DNA of 63,269 nt, the filler included, from Reticulomyxa filosa (Eukaryota; Protista; Foraminifera): NCBI GenBank assembly GCA_000512085.1. It is 19 parts of 19 records of this genome, joined end to end, with 100 filler letters (N's around TTAATTAATTAA, not from the genome) between each part and the next. Parts side by side here need not be neighbours in the genome. Positions count along the whole stretch, not along the records: positions 47,929 to 56,909 come from ASPP01001974.1; positions 57,010 to 63,269 come from ASPP01006975.1; 17 more parts are not named here. The stretch is one strand, 5' to 3'. Every line of letters begins with the position of its first letter. The first letter of the stretch is position 1. Of this stretch, positions 51,063 through 63,269 are shown piece by piece. The notes beneath the pieces are model-generated. The model saw nothing but the letters and a program-made list of their open reading frames with translations. It had not been told where the DNA came from and searched no databases. A program made the translations under genes and the position numbers.

Positions 51063-51495
51063 TTGATTTCGTTCTTTGAAGTTCTACTGGAAAAACTACC
51101 CTTGAACCTCACTACAAAGAGGAAGAATTTTTTTTTTCCAAAATTCCTTTAGTTGTTACAATACTAGCTTACAGCTCTTTATTGTTGCAGTAGCAAATTA
51201 GTCTTACTTAATAAAAAAATGCAGTGTATTTTTATAAAAATTTTCGCTTGACAGATTTCTTTTATTTAATAAAAAACAATTTTAAAGAAAGTAGGGGAAT
51301 ATTAATAGCATATCTTCTTGGGAAAAATCAAAGTCAAAGTAATAGGCAATTGACTATATTAAAAATCTTTTGCTATCAGTAAGTTTTTATATTATATGCA
51401 TTATGCTTTGAGAAGTAACAGTAGTTGCAGTAAAAATGTGTAAAACGGAAGAGAAAAAGGGTTATTTTTTTCGAAATATAGAGAAGAGACCATAG

Positions 51496-54089
51496 ATGTC
51501 TTCTCAAAATCATAGAAAATTCTTAGTATTGCATAGATTTTCTTTCTTGGCCTTTCTCCTTGGTTTGGTATACCAATATTTTTATCCAGAACTCGCTTCA
51601 CAAGTACGAAACTCTCCAACGTATGATTTTGTGTGTCCAATCCTGTGAACTGAAATGAAAATAAATAAAAGTGATTATGCATTTGCGATATATTTTTTGA
51701 GAAACAATAAAAAACAAATAAAAAGGGCGTGTTTGTGGATGAGAATGCGGTTGGTGCCGAATTTCCAAGCATCGGTTTAGTCGGCTGGGAAAAAGTGTTT
51801 GAAACATACGAAGAAACATTTCGAAAAGCAAAAAGCAAAGAAGCTTTAGATCAATTCATTGACACAATTTGGAACAAACAAGGCATTTCGCATTACGCAT
51901 ATCGAAGCAATTTAACTGAGAATGTTATTCATTATGGACTATTTCGAAGTCCATTTTCAAGTGGTCAAATGTCAGTCATTATCGCTTTGACACTGGACAA
52001 GAGTGATGTAGAATATTTATGGGAAAATCCTAAAAGGCAGATATACGCGAATGATCGTAGCTTATCTTCCATTAGTGCATTTTTTACCTTTTCTCACTAT
52101 GCTACCAGTTTTGTGTAAATCCATCAAACAGGAGAAGTGTAAGAGAGAGAGGGAGAGTAAATTAAACGTATTTTATTGTTGTTTGATGGACGACATTAGT
52201 ATACGTGTTTTTTTTTTTTGGTTCCCTTTTGCTTAAAAAAAAAAAAAAAAGCTGTAAATTGGTGTTCGAAAGATATATTATTTTTAATAATTGAACACGA
52301 CTCAAAGAACAACGACAACTCCAAGCAATTATTTGAAGAGTTTGTGGATGAATATATCGACGAGGAGCACGGACACGGGACAAATGGTATAACAGAACGT
52401 GTGTCAAAGAATTTTGTCGGAGGACTTGTATTGGAGATCCCTTTGTACATGTCAATCGAGGCTGTATTGTCCAAAAATAAAATGCGAGCAATGCGACACC
52501 TTGGCGTGTTGTTGGCTGGGCCCAAAGGGGCACAGCCGAATATGGACATATTTAGTGTGACAAGAACGTGTGCCAATCGAGCTGGCTATGACTTGTACGT
52601 TGCCCCTTTTGATGACCCAAAAAGCAAGCTGTCGGGATTTCCGTATTATTCGACAGGAGTGCTAAACAGTGATCATAACAGCGCTCGGCTAACAATGTTA
52701 AGAAGTATGGTATATCAAGCTTCCGGACAAAGCAACGGTTATCATGGTTCGTTGATCAAGTTTTGTTCTTTTTTTTTTTATATAAGTAAGGTTGAATGCG
52801 AATTTGCGTAATTGAGTAAATATGCACAATTACTTACAACATACAAAGACATCAAATTAATGCACTCACATTGAAAGCTAATCGATCTACCTTGAATTTG
52901 ACCGAAGGAAAAGCAAGTACTATCCCTTTGATGCAGTTACTTTTCTTTTTGTTTTGTTTATTTTTTTATTTTTTAAATAATTATACGATACAAACAATGG
53001 TAAGGGCCGTTGATTTGTGGTTGCGATCGATGAGTAATTTAATTGAGATGTTTCATCATCACACGTACAACTATGTCATAATATCTTCTGAAAAATTTGT
53101 AACAATGACCAAGTATTTTCCTTCCTTGGCATTGATGATGGCCACGCCACTACTTCATGCGTTTGCAAATTATCGCTTTTTTCGGGATGAAATGTCTCGC
53201 GGAATTGTGCAAGGAACTTGTGTTGTGTTGACGGGCACAATGTTTGGACTGTACACGTACACTATTTGCAATTTGTGGACTTACTTCCAGTCTTTGGATA
53301 CCTTTGTCATTCTATTCAGTACTGTGTTTTTGGTTTTGCTTGGCTTGGCAATTATGGTGTGGATGTGGCGATATTTTGACATGACGAGTTTCACATATGA
53401 CTATTATCATTTTCATTACTAATTAAATATATCACATATACACATACACACAACATACGTGTTCGTTGATTTTTGCCATGTTTGTGTCACAATGAATAAC
53501 ATAGAACGTATTTATTATGTTGGTTTAATCTTCCTTGTCGACATTTTTAGTGTTTTTGGACAGTTTTGGCTGCCATTGTGTCTAAATTTCTCTGCAGGGG
53601 TCCTTACTATGCTTATCACTGTCATATTATTATTGACCATTCACACAAACACTTTGGCACTGCCTATCTTTGATAAAACTGCACATGACAAAACCGTCAT
53701 TGCCCATCTCTTTTCTTGGAAACAGAGACTTTTCACCTGTCTCCTGTTGTTTTTTTTACCACTCATTATCCTATTTGGTAATGAATTAATACATATTTTG
53801 TGTATGTATAATATAATTTTTTTTTTTTGAAAAGATTAAGCTGTCCTTTTTTGTTTTTACAGGTTTGGTGAATTTATTCAATACTGATATTTATGCATTT
53901 ATTAGCAGTGCCGTTAGTGATATTAGAGACAAACCTTTAGCAAACCAACACCCTGTCTGGTTTGTGATATTTGGGGTTATTCAACCATTATATGTGATTG
54001 CTTGGTTTTTTATGTTTGTACCAGTCTGTCGAGAGTGTTCAGTTTTGATTGAAGAAAAAACAACCATTTCTAAGGACAAAAAAGATTGA
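51496..54089 (+). CDS. GPAA1: GPI transamidase subunit Gaa1, multi-exon
   Basis: N-terminal TM segment, GVFVDENA, YGLFRSP, WCSKDILFL, GPKGAQPNMDI, MVYQASG...HG, LRSMSNLIEMFH...KFVTMTKY, multiple C-terminal TM segments. Confidence 0.85.
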
Positions 54090-54599
54090 TCAGTCTCAAC
54101 ATGTACTCCCTCTCTTATTTTTAGCATTGAATCTTATTTGGCAACTTTTTGGAGATTTAAGACACAAACCAGGCATTAACTATCATTAGCATTTCATACA
54201 AACATTTTTTGCTGTTCTTTTTCATAACTGTAAAATACATCAATTTCCTTTGTTACATCCTATACTAAACTATAAGTCAATTACAATTGTTTATTTGTAA
54301 TCTGCATCAAAAGGTAAGATTCGGTAAACAAATATTTGATTATGTTTACTGTCATGAAAATGTGGACAACTCTTGTCAAAATTGTCCTTTTTTGTTTATA
54401 TCCTCAATATTTGTTTTATGTTCGTTGACAAGTGTCCGGAAATTGTAATTTGTAATTTTTTTCACGATAAAAGTGGCTTCATAGGGCTAAATTAAAAAAA
54501 GCTATAACACATCTCATAAAGTGGTCAAATGACAGTTCCATTAAACTCGCGAAATCCTCGAACGTGTTCAAGGTTTTTTCTAATTATTTGTTTTTTAAG

Positions 54600-56479
54600 C
54601 AAAAATCTCAAAATGTGCTGGGGTCTGTGCTAGTCGAAGACAAGTCCTGGAAGATTACGAGTTAGCGTTCTACAATACAGGATACTCAAGCACAACGCAT
54701 GTCGAGCACTTTCAACAACAATATGACGAGTTTTTGAGGAATTTGCCGTCGTACTACTTATTTGACAGGACAAATGTTCGAAGGAATATTCAATTGAAAG
54801 AGTATCACTTTAATAATCCTCCAGAAAACAGACACAAAAGAATACAAAACATACAATCGAGGATTGACCTATCTAACTTACCATTGCATTTGCAAACGAA
54901 TGATCTGATCGCACCGACCCCTCATTGCCTAATAAAGAAATGTGTTGACAAATGTGTCCATTATTACGCCTTTGACTTTCAAAGGACAGTCCAACAAGAA
55001 AATGAACAGCAAACCCTTGCCAAAGGCACCGAACAAGATCTGTCTCACCCCGAGTCTCAGTTGCATGACAACATTTCTAGTTTGTATATATATATTTATA
55101 TTTATATTTATTTACTTATTCCAAAAAAATTTTTTATTTTTTTATTTTTTTTTTTTTTTTTACGAGGGATCAAACAATAGATGATGACGCAAAAGCGAAA
55201 AAAGAAGAACAAAAAATAAATTGTGAAGAAAATGAGAGCGAAATGACAACCAAAGTTTTTATTTTATAGTTTTCGTTCAATTTCTCGCTTTTGGCAAGCA
55301 AACAAACTATTATTTGAAAAAAAAAAAAAAAAAAAAAAATTTGCACAGTCACAAAAAAAAGCAAAAAAGAATTCTGAAAAAAAAACCCAAGAAGAATTCC
55401 AAAAAAAAAACCCCCGAAAAAACCTAAACAAACCCTGGCGTCAAAAAGATTCGAAAAATTTGGACACACATTGTTTGCGAATAATGTTAGCGTTCCAAGT
55501 ATGGACGATTTAACGAAATGCTTTGCAAAACTCCAGTTTTGTCAAAAGGGGTTTGTTTGATTGATTACATTGGTTGGTTGGTTACATTGTTCTGCAATAT
55601 GACTCGAGGGAATTTGGTTTGTTCAAATGGACTCAATGACACATTGACAGAGAACAACGTAGTTGTTTCAAAGAACTACAACCAAGAGAGGCCAATATGC
55701 TGACGGATGCATGCTATCAACATCGTCTGAAGACAGCGGAACAACTATTCGGCCAGGAATACCCTAGCTCCAGTGAAGTGGTTTTGTCAATTACAGTACT
55801 TCAAAGCAACAAAGTAACACGCCGTTTTACAAAAGCAAACGATTTCCTCTTTTTGGGAAAGCATTATTTATCTGATCTCAAAGATCAAATTCAATGCCCT
55901 TTGGACAAGGATCTCATTGGACCTCGTTGCAAAAATTCTTTTTTTTAATTGAAAATGTCTTTTTTGATGACATGAGACATAAAAATGCGGAGAGAATTTC
56001 TCAGTTGTGTCCACTTCTCTTTAACAAGGAAAAAACAGCAATTCATTAATATATATGTGTATGTATATAGACCTATCATTGATTGGTATCGCCAAAATCC
56101 TGGCTTACCTTGTGTCCGCCAAAAAAATATGAATGAAGTTCGTTTCTATGATTTAAATATTCGCGTAGGCTCATATTATTTATACGTTCATCAAGGAGAC
56201 TGCGAACATACCTTTATTGTTACCAATGTACGGATGATTCATCGTAGTGACCCTCTTAATACTTACGCTTATCCATTTGTTACATATCAGCAACTTCCAA
56301 AACGACAAAAATGTAACATTTGTGAAACGTATAATGCCAAGTTTGTCTCTTATGACGATAAATATACTACAGAGAGTCCCTTTTATTTTTGCAAAAACTG
56401 TTTTATTTCTTTCCATTTTGATACAAATGGCAAACTGTTGTATAATGACTTTACTGCATTTGAGTATGACCACCATTAA
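54600..56479 (+). CDS. SNAPC3: snRNA-activating protein complex subunit 3 (SNAP50); start uncertain; 1-nt frameshift at the T-run near 55940
   Basis: FLFLGKHYLSDLKDQIQC, FFLIENVFFDDMR, RFYDLNIRVG..YLYVHQGDCEH, CNIC...PFYFCKNCF zinc finger. Confidence 0.88.
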
Positions 56480-57009
56480 GTCGAAAACAACTAGAAAACA
56501 CAATACAATTACCACACATAAAATGGATTAAATTTTAAGATTCTTAATTTGCTAGCAATATCAATTTAGCAAAAACATTAATAACCTAAATAAAATTTTA
56601 ACTACAATTTTTTTAACCCTAAAAATATAAAAAACAACAAAAGTAACAGTTATTAAAATTCATTTTTTTAAAAATTCATTAATTAGATTAAATCACTAAG
56701 ACAATTAAAAAATCATCAAAAAAACAACCAATCAAAAAAGATTCTTACCGCGAAGATAAGCCAACAAATATAATTTGCAACACCTCCAACACAAAAAAAC
56801 ACAAAATAACACAAATCAAATAAAAAATAACTTCAAACAAACCACTCACATCACTAAAAAAAGCAAAAAAAAAAAATAGTACATTGAACTTTGCATGTTC
56901 AAAAAGGGGNNNNNNNNNNNNNNNNNNNNNNNNNNNNNNNNNNNNNNNNNNNNTTAATTAATTAANNNNNNNNNNNNNNNNNNNNNNNNNNNNNNNNNNN
57001 NNNNNNNNN

Positions 57010-57125
57010 AATAATAATAATAATAATAATAATAATAGCAATAATAATAATAACACCGATGATACCGTAAATAACAATAGCAACAATGATAACCACAGTA
57101 ATAATAACAATAACAGCAATGACGA
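57010..57125 (+). repeat. (AAT)n-derived poly-Asn coding repeat
   Basis: Directly visible in the sequence. Confidence 0.85.
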
Positions 57126-59532
57126 AAATAGCAATAATCGAAAAATGACCAACCCACAACTCCTGATCAAACTCCTGTGTGTGGATCTCCACTGAAGCAT
57201 GAATCAGTGGCAAGTCGATCATTTCGCGAAGAGCCAGGATCAACTACGCACTATCGTTACAGTGAAAGTGAAGATTGCTCGCCACTGTCGAATGGAGATG
57301 AGCACGATGACAAAGATCAGTATCCTTATTCCCCGACTTCAATTCTGTTGCGAAGGCCGCGTGAAATGACCATTGACATTACAACACCGCAATTGCAGCA
57401 AAGAGGACAAAGCACGGTCAGCGCGAGCGAGGATGAGGACGATGACAACAACGACGACGCAGCCTCGTTGACAAGAGAGAACAACGATAACAGCAATGAC
57501 AATGACGAAGAAGAAGAACATTCCAAAGTTCCAAAAAGCAGAAAGAAGGCCAAAGCCAAGTTGAGAGTGAAGCTCCTCCGAATGGAGTTGCCACCAACAA
57601 TTGAACAGAAAGCGTCGTCCACAATCTATTCCAAAAGTATCAATGAAAGGTACAGCGGACAGAACAGAGACAAGCACAGCGATCAAGACAAAGACGAGGA
57701 AGATCAATCCCCACCACAGTTTCGTAGTGGCGAGAAACGAGAGTATCATAACCGTAGACAATCACAGCACTTGGCCTTAGCCATTGACGATTGCCAGTCT
57801 AACTCAAGTGAAATCTTGCATGCAGCCACTGGGTCCACCACCAAGTGGGTTGAGTCAAACACACCACCAAAGAGTAGTACTACCCACTATTTGGGCGTAC
57901 ATTTGCAAGCCGGTCAACCTGTCACCATTGCCAACAATACTGTCACTACTGCTGTCACTACTGCTGTCATTGCTGCTGCTGATCAACCCAATCAGTTATG
58001 CAAAGGCGCAATCAATGAATACATTGGAGACGGAAGTCGAACTCGCAACAGCAGTGACAATACTCCATCAGTTTCGGCCACTCCAACGGTGTTGCAAAAA
58101 AATACAGTAGCGACGAACCGCGACAATGAAGTAACTGTTGAGAGGGGGCGTAATAACAGCATTGACGTCGGAGGAATTGAATATGGACACATGCCATCCA
58201 CAACTCGAGAACGATTATTGACATTAGATCCTAGAGAAAGTGATGAAGAAAAAAAGAAGGAGGACGTCGATTAAAATCGCGCCCACAAAGACCGCAAGAT
58301 AATTATAATCAATCTCAATCGTTAGTACTGGATTCAAGTCATCACAATAAGCAATCCTCTACGGTTAGTATTACAAAGACGGAAAACCAGAAAGAAGATA
58401 AAGAAAAAAAACAAGTTTGAAATCTCATTGTGATCCCAAAAAAAAACCGGAAGGAGAGCAATCCCGTGTTTGTGAACCCTGTTTCGTCAATGTGTTTTAT
58501 TCCACTCCTCAAATGTCGCCGCAACAGATGATCGAGGGAAACTTACTTTTGTGCGACACATTGTTCAAAGTGTCCAACATCTCAAAAGATTGTGATTTAT
58601 GGCTGAAGGGCTATCACTTGTTTTCAAAGGCTTCGAATGAAGGTAACAATGCTATTGCATTAGGTGTTGTGTTGCGACCCGGCGAAGGAGAGCGATTGTT
58701 GGTAGACACCAAAATCCCCATTATTCCTTCAGAACATGTGATGCATTTCATTTGTAGCAATTGTGACGGTGGCTATCTCATTTTCGAGTTGTACACGGAT
58801 AGAGAATTGGAACAACTAGACAATCCCAAGAATATTCCAGTTTCTACCACTGGTGCCACAACCGCCAATAATCGGGGTCTGCTTTTGTCGCAATGTCGTA
58901 CCAATCGCTTAACGATGAAGACCACCAATTATACACATCGAAGACGCCAGAGCAGCGTTTGGTCTGTGTTCCCTTCTTGTCGAAGCCATCACATGTCGCC
59001 GAGTTTAACTCAATTCACCGATGATGACAGCAATACACACGCGGGCGACATACCTGATTCTTTGTGGTTGGATTTAATCATCGGTTGGAAATACAATTTG
59101 CTTTTGAACAAATGCGAATTATTCGTTTTTTTTCACGAATTTAGTACCATTGAATCATATCGAGGACAGTTCAACGGATGGGAGGTATTTACATATTTTA
59201 TTTAAATTGATTAAGTGTATCCTCGACAATGTTCACTAATACTCAAAATCTGTGTATGTGTTTTGCTTTGCTTATTTTGTTGCTTGCTGTTAATGACGTG
59301 AAAACTTTAGTCATTATCAAAGGTGGCTTGTCCCAGCGAAAATATCAACATTCGTGGTGGTCGCCATAGTGAATATTCAGTGCAAGCTCAAGTTTCTTCC
59401 TCTCTTGGGAAAGAGGCAAGCATTCGACATATTACTTTTGCAATTTCTTATCATCCTGATGCCATCCCTGAAGAAAGCGACAAAGAAACTAGTGCCAGTC
59501 CCACGAAATCAATTATCATTGATGTCGATTGA
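57010..59532 (+). CDS. Large low-complexity protein with a possible FYVE-type zinc-finger end; 5' truncated; probable frameshift near 58250
   Basis: Co-oriented ORFs 57177-58274, 58417-59205 and 59323-59532; SRVCEPCF motif; intron near 59184-59310. Confidence 0.5.
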
Positions 59533-60085
59533 TGTTTCACCACAACTCTGTTTTCTTCCTGTTTTTGTCTTTTTTCCCTTTTCTGGTGTAAGTGTAGGTT
59601 TTTAATAGTCAAAACCGTGGCGAAGCCTTGCTTTGAGCAAGCTTTTTGTCATTTCTTTTTGTTTTTTTTTTGGATGAGGTTTGATTTGTTTGTGATTGTA
59701 ACATCTATTAATTCTATTGGTGCTTACTTTTTCCTCTCTTGATTTGTTTCATGTAATTTTTCCATTTTTGTGGGGGGTGCAGGTGCTTGACGTGCTGTTT
59801 GTGACTGTGCATTTTTTTCAAATGGCAATAAACGCCAGCCGCCATTTCATTAACTGAGAAAAAAGCTGTGGAAAAATTTGTGCGATAATTGCCAATGAAT
59901 TGAACAATCAACAAATATTGAAGAATGTTACTCAAATATGATATTCATTGTTTTTACAGACTCTCAACAAAAGACCTTTATTTGTTGATCTTAAAAAAAA
60001 ATTGAATAGACATACTTCCTCATTTCCCAAGAACAAACAATGTACATGAAACCAAAAGGTTTTTTCGTTTCTGCCAGAAAAAGAT

Positions 60086-63000
60086 TTATTGCAATTTTTG
60101 TATTAGTTTTATAAGTTCAATTTTTCGTTCGTCAGTTTCGTGGATACTGTGGCGTGCTTTTTGGCGAACAAAATCGATCATAAACCGACTCGCGGCATAG
60201 TTGTCGTGTCCTTTCATTTCACTGCGTATAATTTGATATTTTTCGTGATGTAATTGTATTTCACATATGTGGCCTCTGAATCGATATGGATCACCAGGAG
60301 TCGCTTTTGTTTCTTTCATATTTTTATCTTGTTCCAAAAATCGAATATTAATGAGAACATCTTTATATCCTCCTTTATAAGGACTATTAAAACGGTTCTT
60401 GATACGAAGAATTTCAATATGTGGATTTTTTTCGATAATACGTAGAGCTTCAATAATTTGTTGAATCCCTTGACAGGTAACACCTGCCCTTGCATAATCT
60501 TTGATCGAGGCATAGTCAATGAACACTTTGCCAGACGCAAACAAATCGTCTTTTTTTTCTGGTGTCTGGCTGTATCTTTTTTTGTCCCATTCACCAATGT
60601 ATTCTATAAGGTTATTATTTTCCATTAATATTCTTATTCACATATAGCAGTGATAAATTCCAACATATTTACAAAGAGAAAAAAAATTACCCAATAAACC
60701 CTTTTCAATAATTCTTTGAACGTGTTTAACCCCTGGATCGCCTTCATATTGTCCTCGAACACGATAGTTTTTGGCAATCCATCGTATCGCTTGTTGCAAC
60801 TTTTTATGCGCCAAATAAGCGGAACGCAACAAAAGGTAAATATCTTCATCTTTTTGTTTCAAGGGAGCATTTTGGTTTTTACCGCGCATGATACGATCGC
60901 AGTCATTTTTAAGCTGAGCTAAATACACTTGTTCACGGTCGCGTAGCTCTTCAAAAACTCCAACGTACCTTTGATCGTCACTGATAAGATAATCAATGAC
61001 AGGTCGAGCCAATGTACTAATGCTTGCAAATAAAAAGCTCTCATTATCCCACATGTGATACCAACCTTGTGCACTTTCAATTTGCTGTTTCTCAAACTCT
61101 GCGACGGTAGTGCGGATATGTTGTTCATATTCAACTTCCTCAATTTGGTCCATGTCAAATTGATATCCAGAGGTATGGCCATCCTCGCCATCTTCAGCGT
61201 CCTCCGCCGCGTTACCGTGTGACCCACCCGCCAAACGAATCTTGGTCTCGCGCATGGTGCTGTGAGTATATCCATTGCGCACCAAGTCTAAAATATCCAT
61301 ACAAACCACTCCTGGATCTGCCTCCAGCTGTAGTATTTGGCATTTTATATTCCATACATTCATATTTTCATAAACATGTATACACATCGAAGAGCAAACA
61401 AATAAACAAAACTATGTCTTCCGTTTTTTTAAAGGTGCGAGTATTTGCTTTTTTCTTTGTGTTTTGGGTAGATCCAGTTGATTCCGCGCTTATTTGTCGA
61501 CTCATGCTACTAAAAACGATTTTGCTGTTGGAACCACTCTTGTCCATGTTATTACTGAAATTGTTGGAAAAAGCACTGTTTGCGTGTATCAAGTCAGCAT
61601 TGTTGTTTATGATATTGTGGTCTTGGTACCCACGAGGTTCACTTTTTACTTCTTGACGAGCAAGCGACAAGGACTTTTGCGTGGAATTGACTCCAGGGAG
61701 AACGTGCTTCGATCGCAAAAACTTGCTCATTTTCACGATCGTGTATGTCTCCGTTTCTGTCCTCTGCCACGCGGAGCCGCCTTTGGATTTTTTGTTTCTA
61801 TTCGAGGATCGATCTCTGTTACGCGAGTTGGATTTGCGGTTGTCAATCGCGTCGTCCCTTTCTCTTTCTTTTTTCATATCCGACGACTGATTTCTTTGCT
61901 TGCCCTTTTGCCGCTGTTTCTGTGGGCCTTCATTGCGCCGTCTGCCTCGAGACGTTTTACTTTTGGAGTCTTTGATGACGAAATTGGAACTTGCATTGGA
62001 AATGGAGCGAATATTTTCATTGCTATTGATATTGTTATTGATATTGCTATTCATATTGAGATTGTTATTGATATTGCTATTCATATTGCTATTGCTATTA
62101 ATATTGCTATTGCTATTGCTATTCATATTGCTATTGCTATTGCTATTAGCATTGGTATTGATGTCAGTGGATAAGCTAATGATTCTTTCGAAGGACAATT
62201 GAGAGTTCAAGGAGTCCTCAATGGACGAGGATGGCAAAATGATATTGCTGTCGAGTTTGTTTGAATCGTCAATGACATCATCAGTTTCAGAGTCGATGTC
62301 ATTTTTTGACTCGTCTGCAACCAGTTTCTTGCCATCGTGCAGCTCGGCAATCATACTTTCATCACGACCAATATCCACACTATGATTCATCTCCGTCATA
62401 GTATCAGCGTCCGCGTCCATCTCCAAATCCGTGCCCAGCCCCGTGATACTAAACTCCTCATCCTCGACGCGACTGGCACTGGCACTGGGGGTCCGAATGG
62501 ACGAGTTGAGTCTCAAGTCCGAGTCATAAATGTTGGAGCCAATCAACAACGGGATGCCTCTGACTCCGGTCACGTGAGGCGATATGATCGATCTCGACGC
62601 ACTCTGATTTTCGAGCTTGCACAGCAGCACAGGCTTTTCCTGCTGGTCTTGGTTCTGCTGCGTCACCACCAATGGTGATTGCAGCATCGGTCTCAAATCC
62701 CAAATGGTCACAGTCTCGTCTTTGCTGCATGCCACGCACAATCCACGATTGATGGACAAGTCGGTGATAAAATCAAAGTGTTTATGCTGCAAGTCAGCAC
62801 AAATCCAATCAGCAGCTCGGCCCGTCTTTGAAATCGGACTTCCAATGTCCTCTTCGCTGTCATTTCGTTTTCGCTGGAATTCGCACTTCCGCCGCGCACG
62901 CGGGTGCCAAACGCACTTATGTCTGCGCGCTTCCAAAAGTACAGCTCGCCCGTGTTGGTGCCGCCGACCAACACTGTGTCGCAACTGCTGAACACCATGC

Positions 63001-63171
63001 GCACCACAAATGATCGATCTACCGTGCCACTGCTCGGCACATCCACCGTCTGGAATATAAAGTCGGGCTTATAGCAATTCATGCCTTTCTGCGACAGCAC
63101 AAACACGAGTGAGGAAAAGGTCTTGGCCAATCGAAACGCGACGGCGTAATTGGGAGCATAATTGCAGGTTC
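60086..63171 (-). CDS. WD40 repeats, Asn-rich linker and C-terminal RelA/SpoT-like nucleotidyltransferase; exons about 63171-61413, 61327-60691, 60603-60086; 5' truncated; frameshift near 62865
   Basis: WD: VGGTNTGELYFWK, HFDFITDLSINRGLCVACSKDETVTIWD. Transferase: GVKHVQRIIEKGLLEY, IKDYARAGV, RIKNRF, GGYKDVLIN, ICEIQLH, GHDNY. Both GT-AG introns keep the frame. Confidence 0.75.
62018..62152 (-). repeat. Imperfect 6-nt coding repeat (Asn-Ser/Asn-Ile/Asn-Met)
   Basis: (attgct)n-type units on the + strand. Confidence 0.85.
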
Positions 63172-63269
63172 CTATTATTCAGAGTATTTATATATACATT
63201 CATATATATATATATATACATATATATATATGTATATGTATTGTTTGGTTATAAGGGCTATGGATGACC

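Noticed and set aside
4981-57009. Recurring TTAATTAATTAA as a biological repeat or CRISPR-like array
   Set aside because: Always centred in an identical N-padded 100-nt unit; it is an artificial six-frame-stop linker.
1-63269. rRNA, tRNA or CRISPR loci
   Set aside because: None recognised by eye; a covariance-model scan would be needed to exclude small RNAs.

Overview
This is not one locus. It is 19 draft-assembly contigs joined by 18 artificial 100-nt linkers (N44-TTAATTAATTAA-N44), so gene adjacency is meaningful only within a contig. Most contigs are AT-rich, intron-containing eukaryotic DNA. A retarian alpha2-type tubulin relic and the expanded WD40 and Kelch-like families point to a foraminiferan, probably Reticulomyxa filosa or a relative (inference). 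Recognisable genes are proteasome beta2 (PSMB7), TRAPPC1, SGT/Sgt2, GPAA1, SNAPC3, a C2/coiled-coil protein, an ankyrin protein and an FN3-SPRY-like protein. There are also many WD40/Kelch paralogues and relics of Sec6, actin, alpha-tubulin and RING/TRAF-type genes. Three things stand out. (1) A spliced gene at 60086-63171 (-) fuses WD40 repeats and an Asn-rich linker to a C-terminal RelA/SpoT-like nucleotidyltransferase domain. (2) An intronless ORF of more than 1100 aa has an internal Ras domain with degenerate switch motifs. (3) One contig (16763-19465) is bacterial and looks like a decaying mobile defence island: a Mob/TraD-like ORF, an Rpn nuclease with a single nonsense codon but an intact internal antitoxin-type ORF, a truncated hsdM and a HEPN-like ORF. 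All homology calls come from motif recognition by eye; no searches were run.
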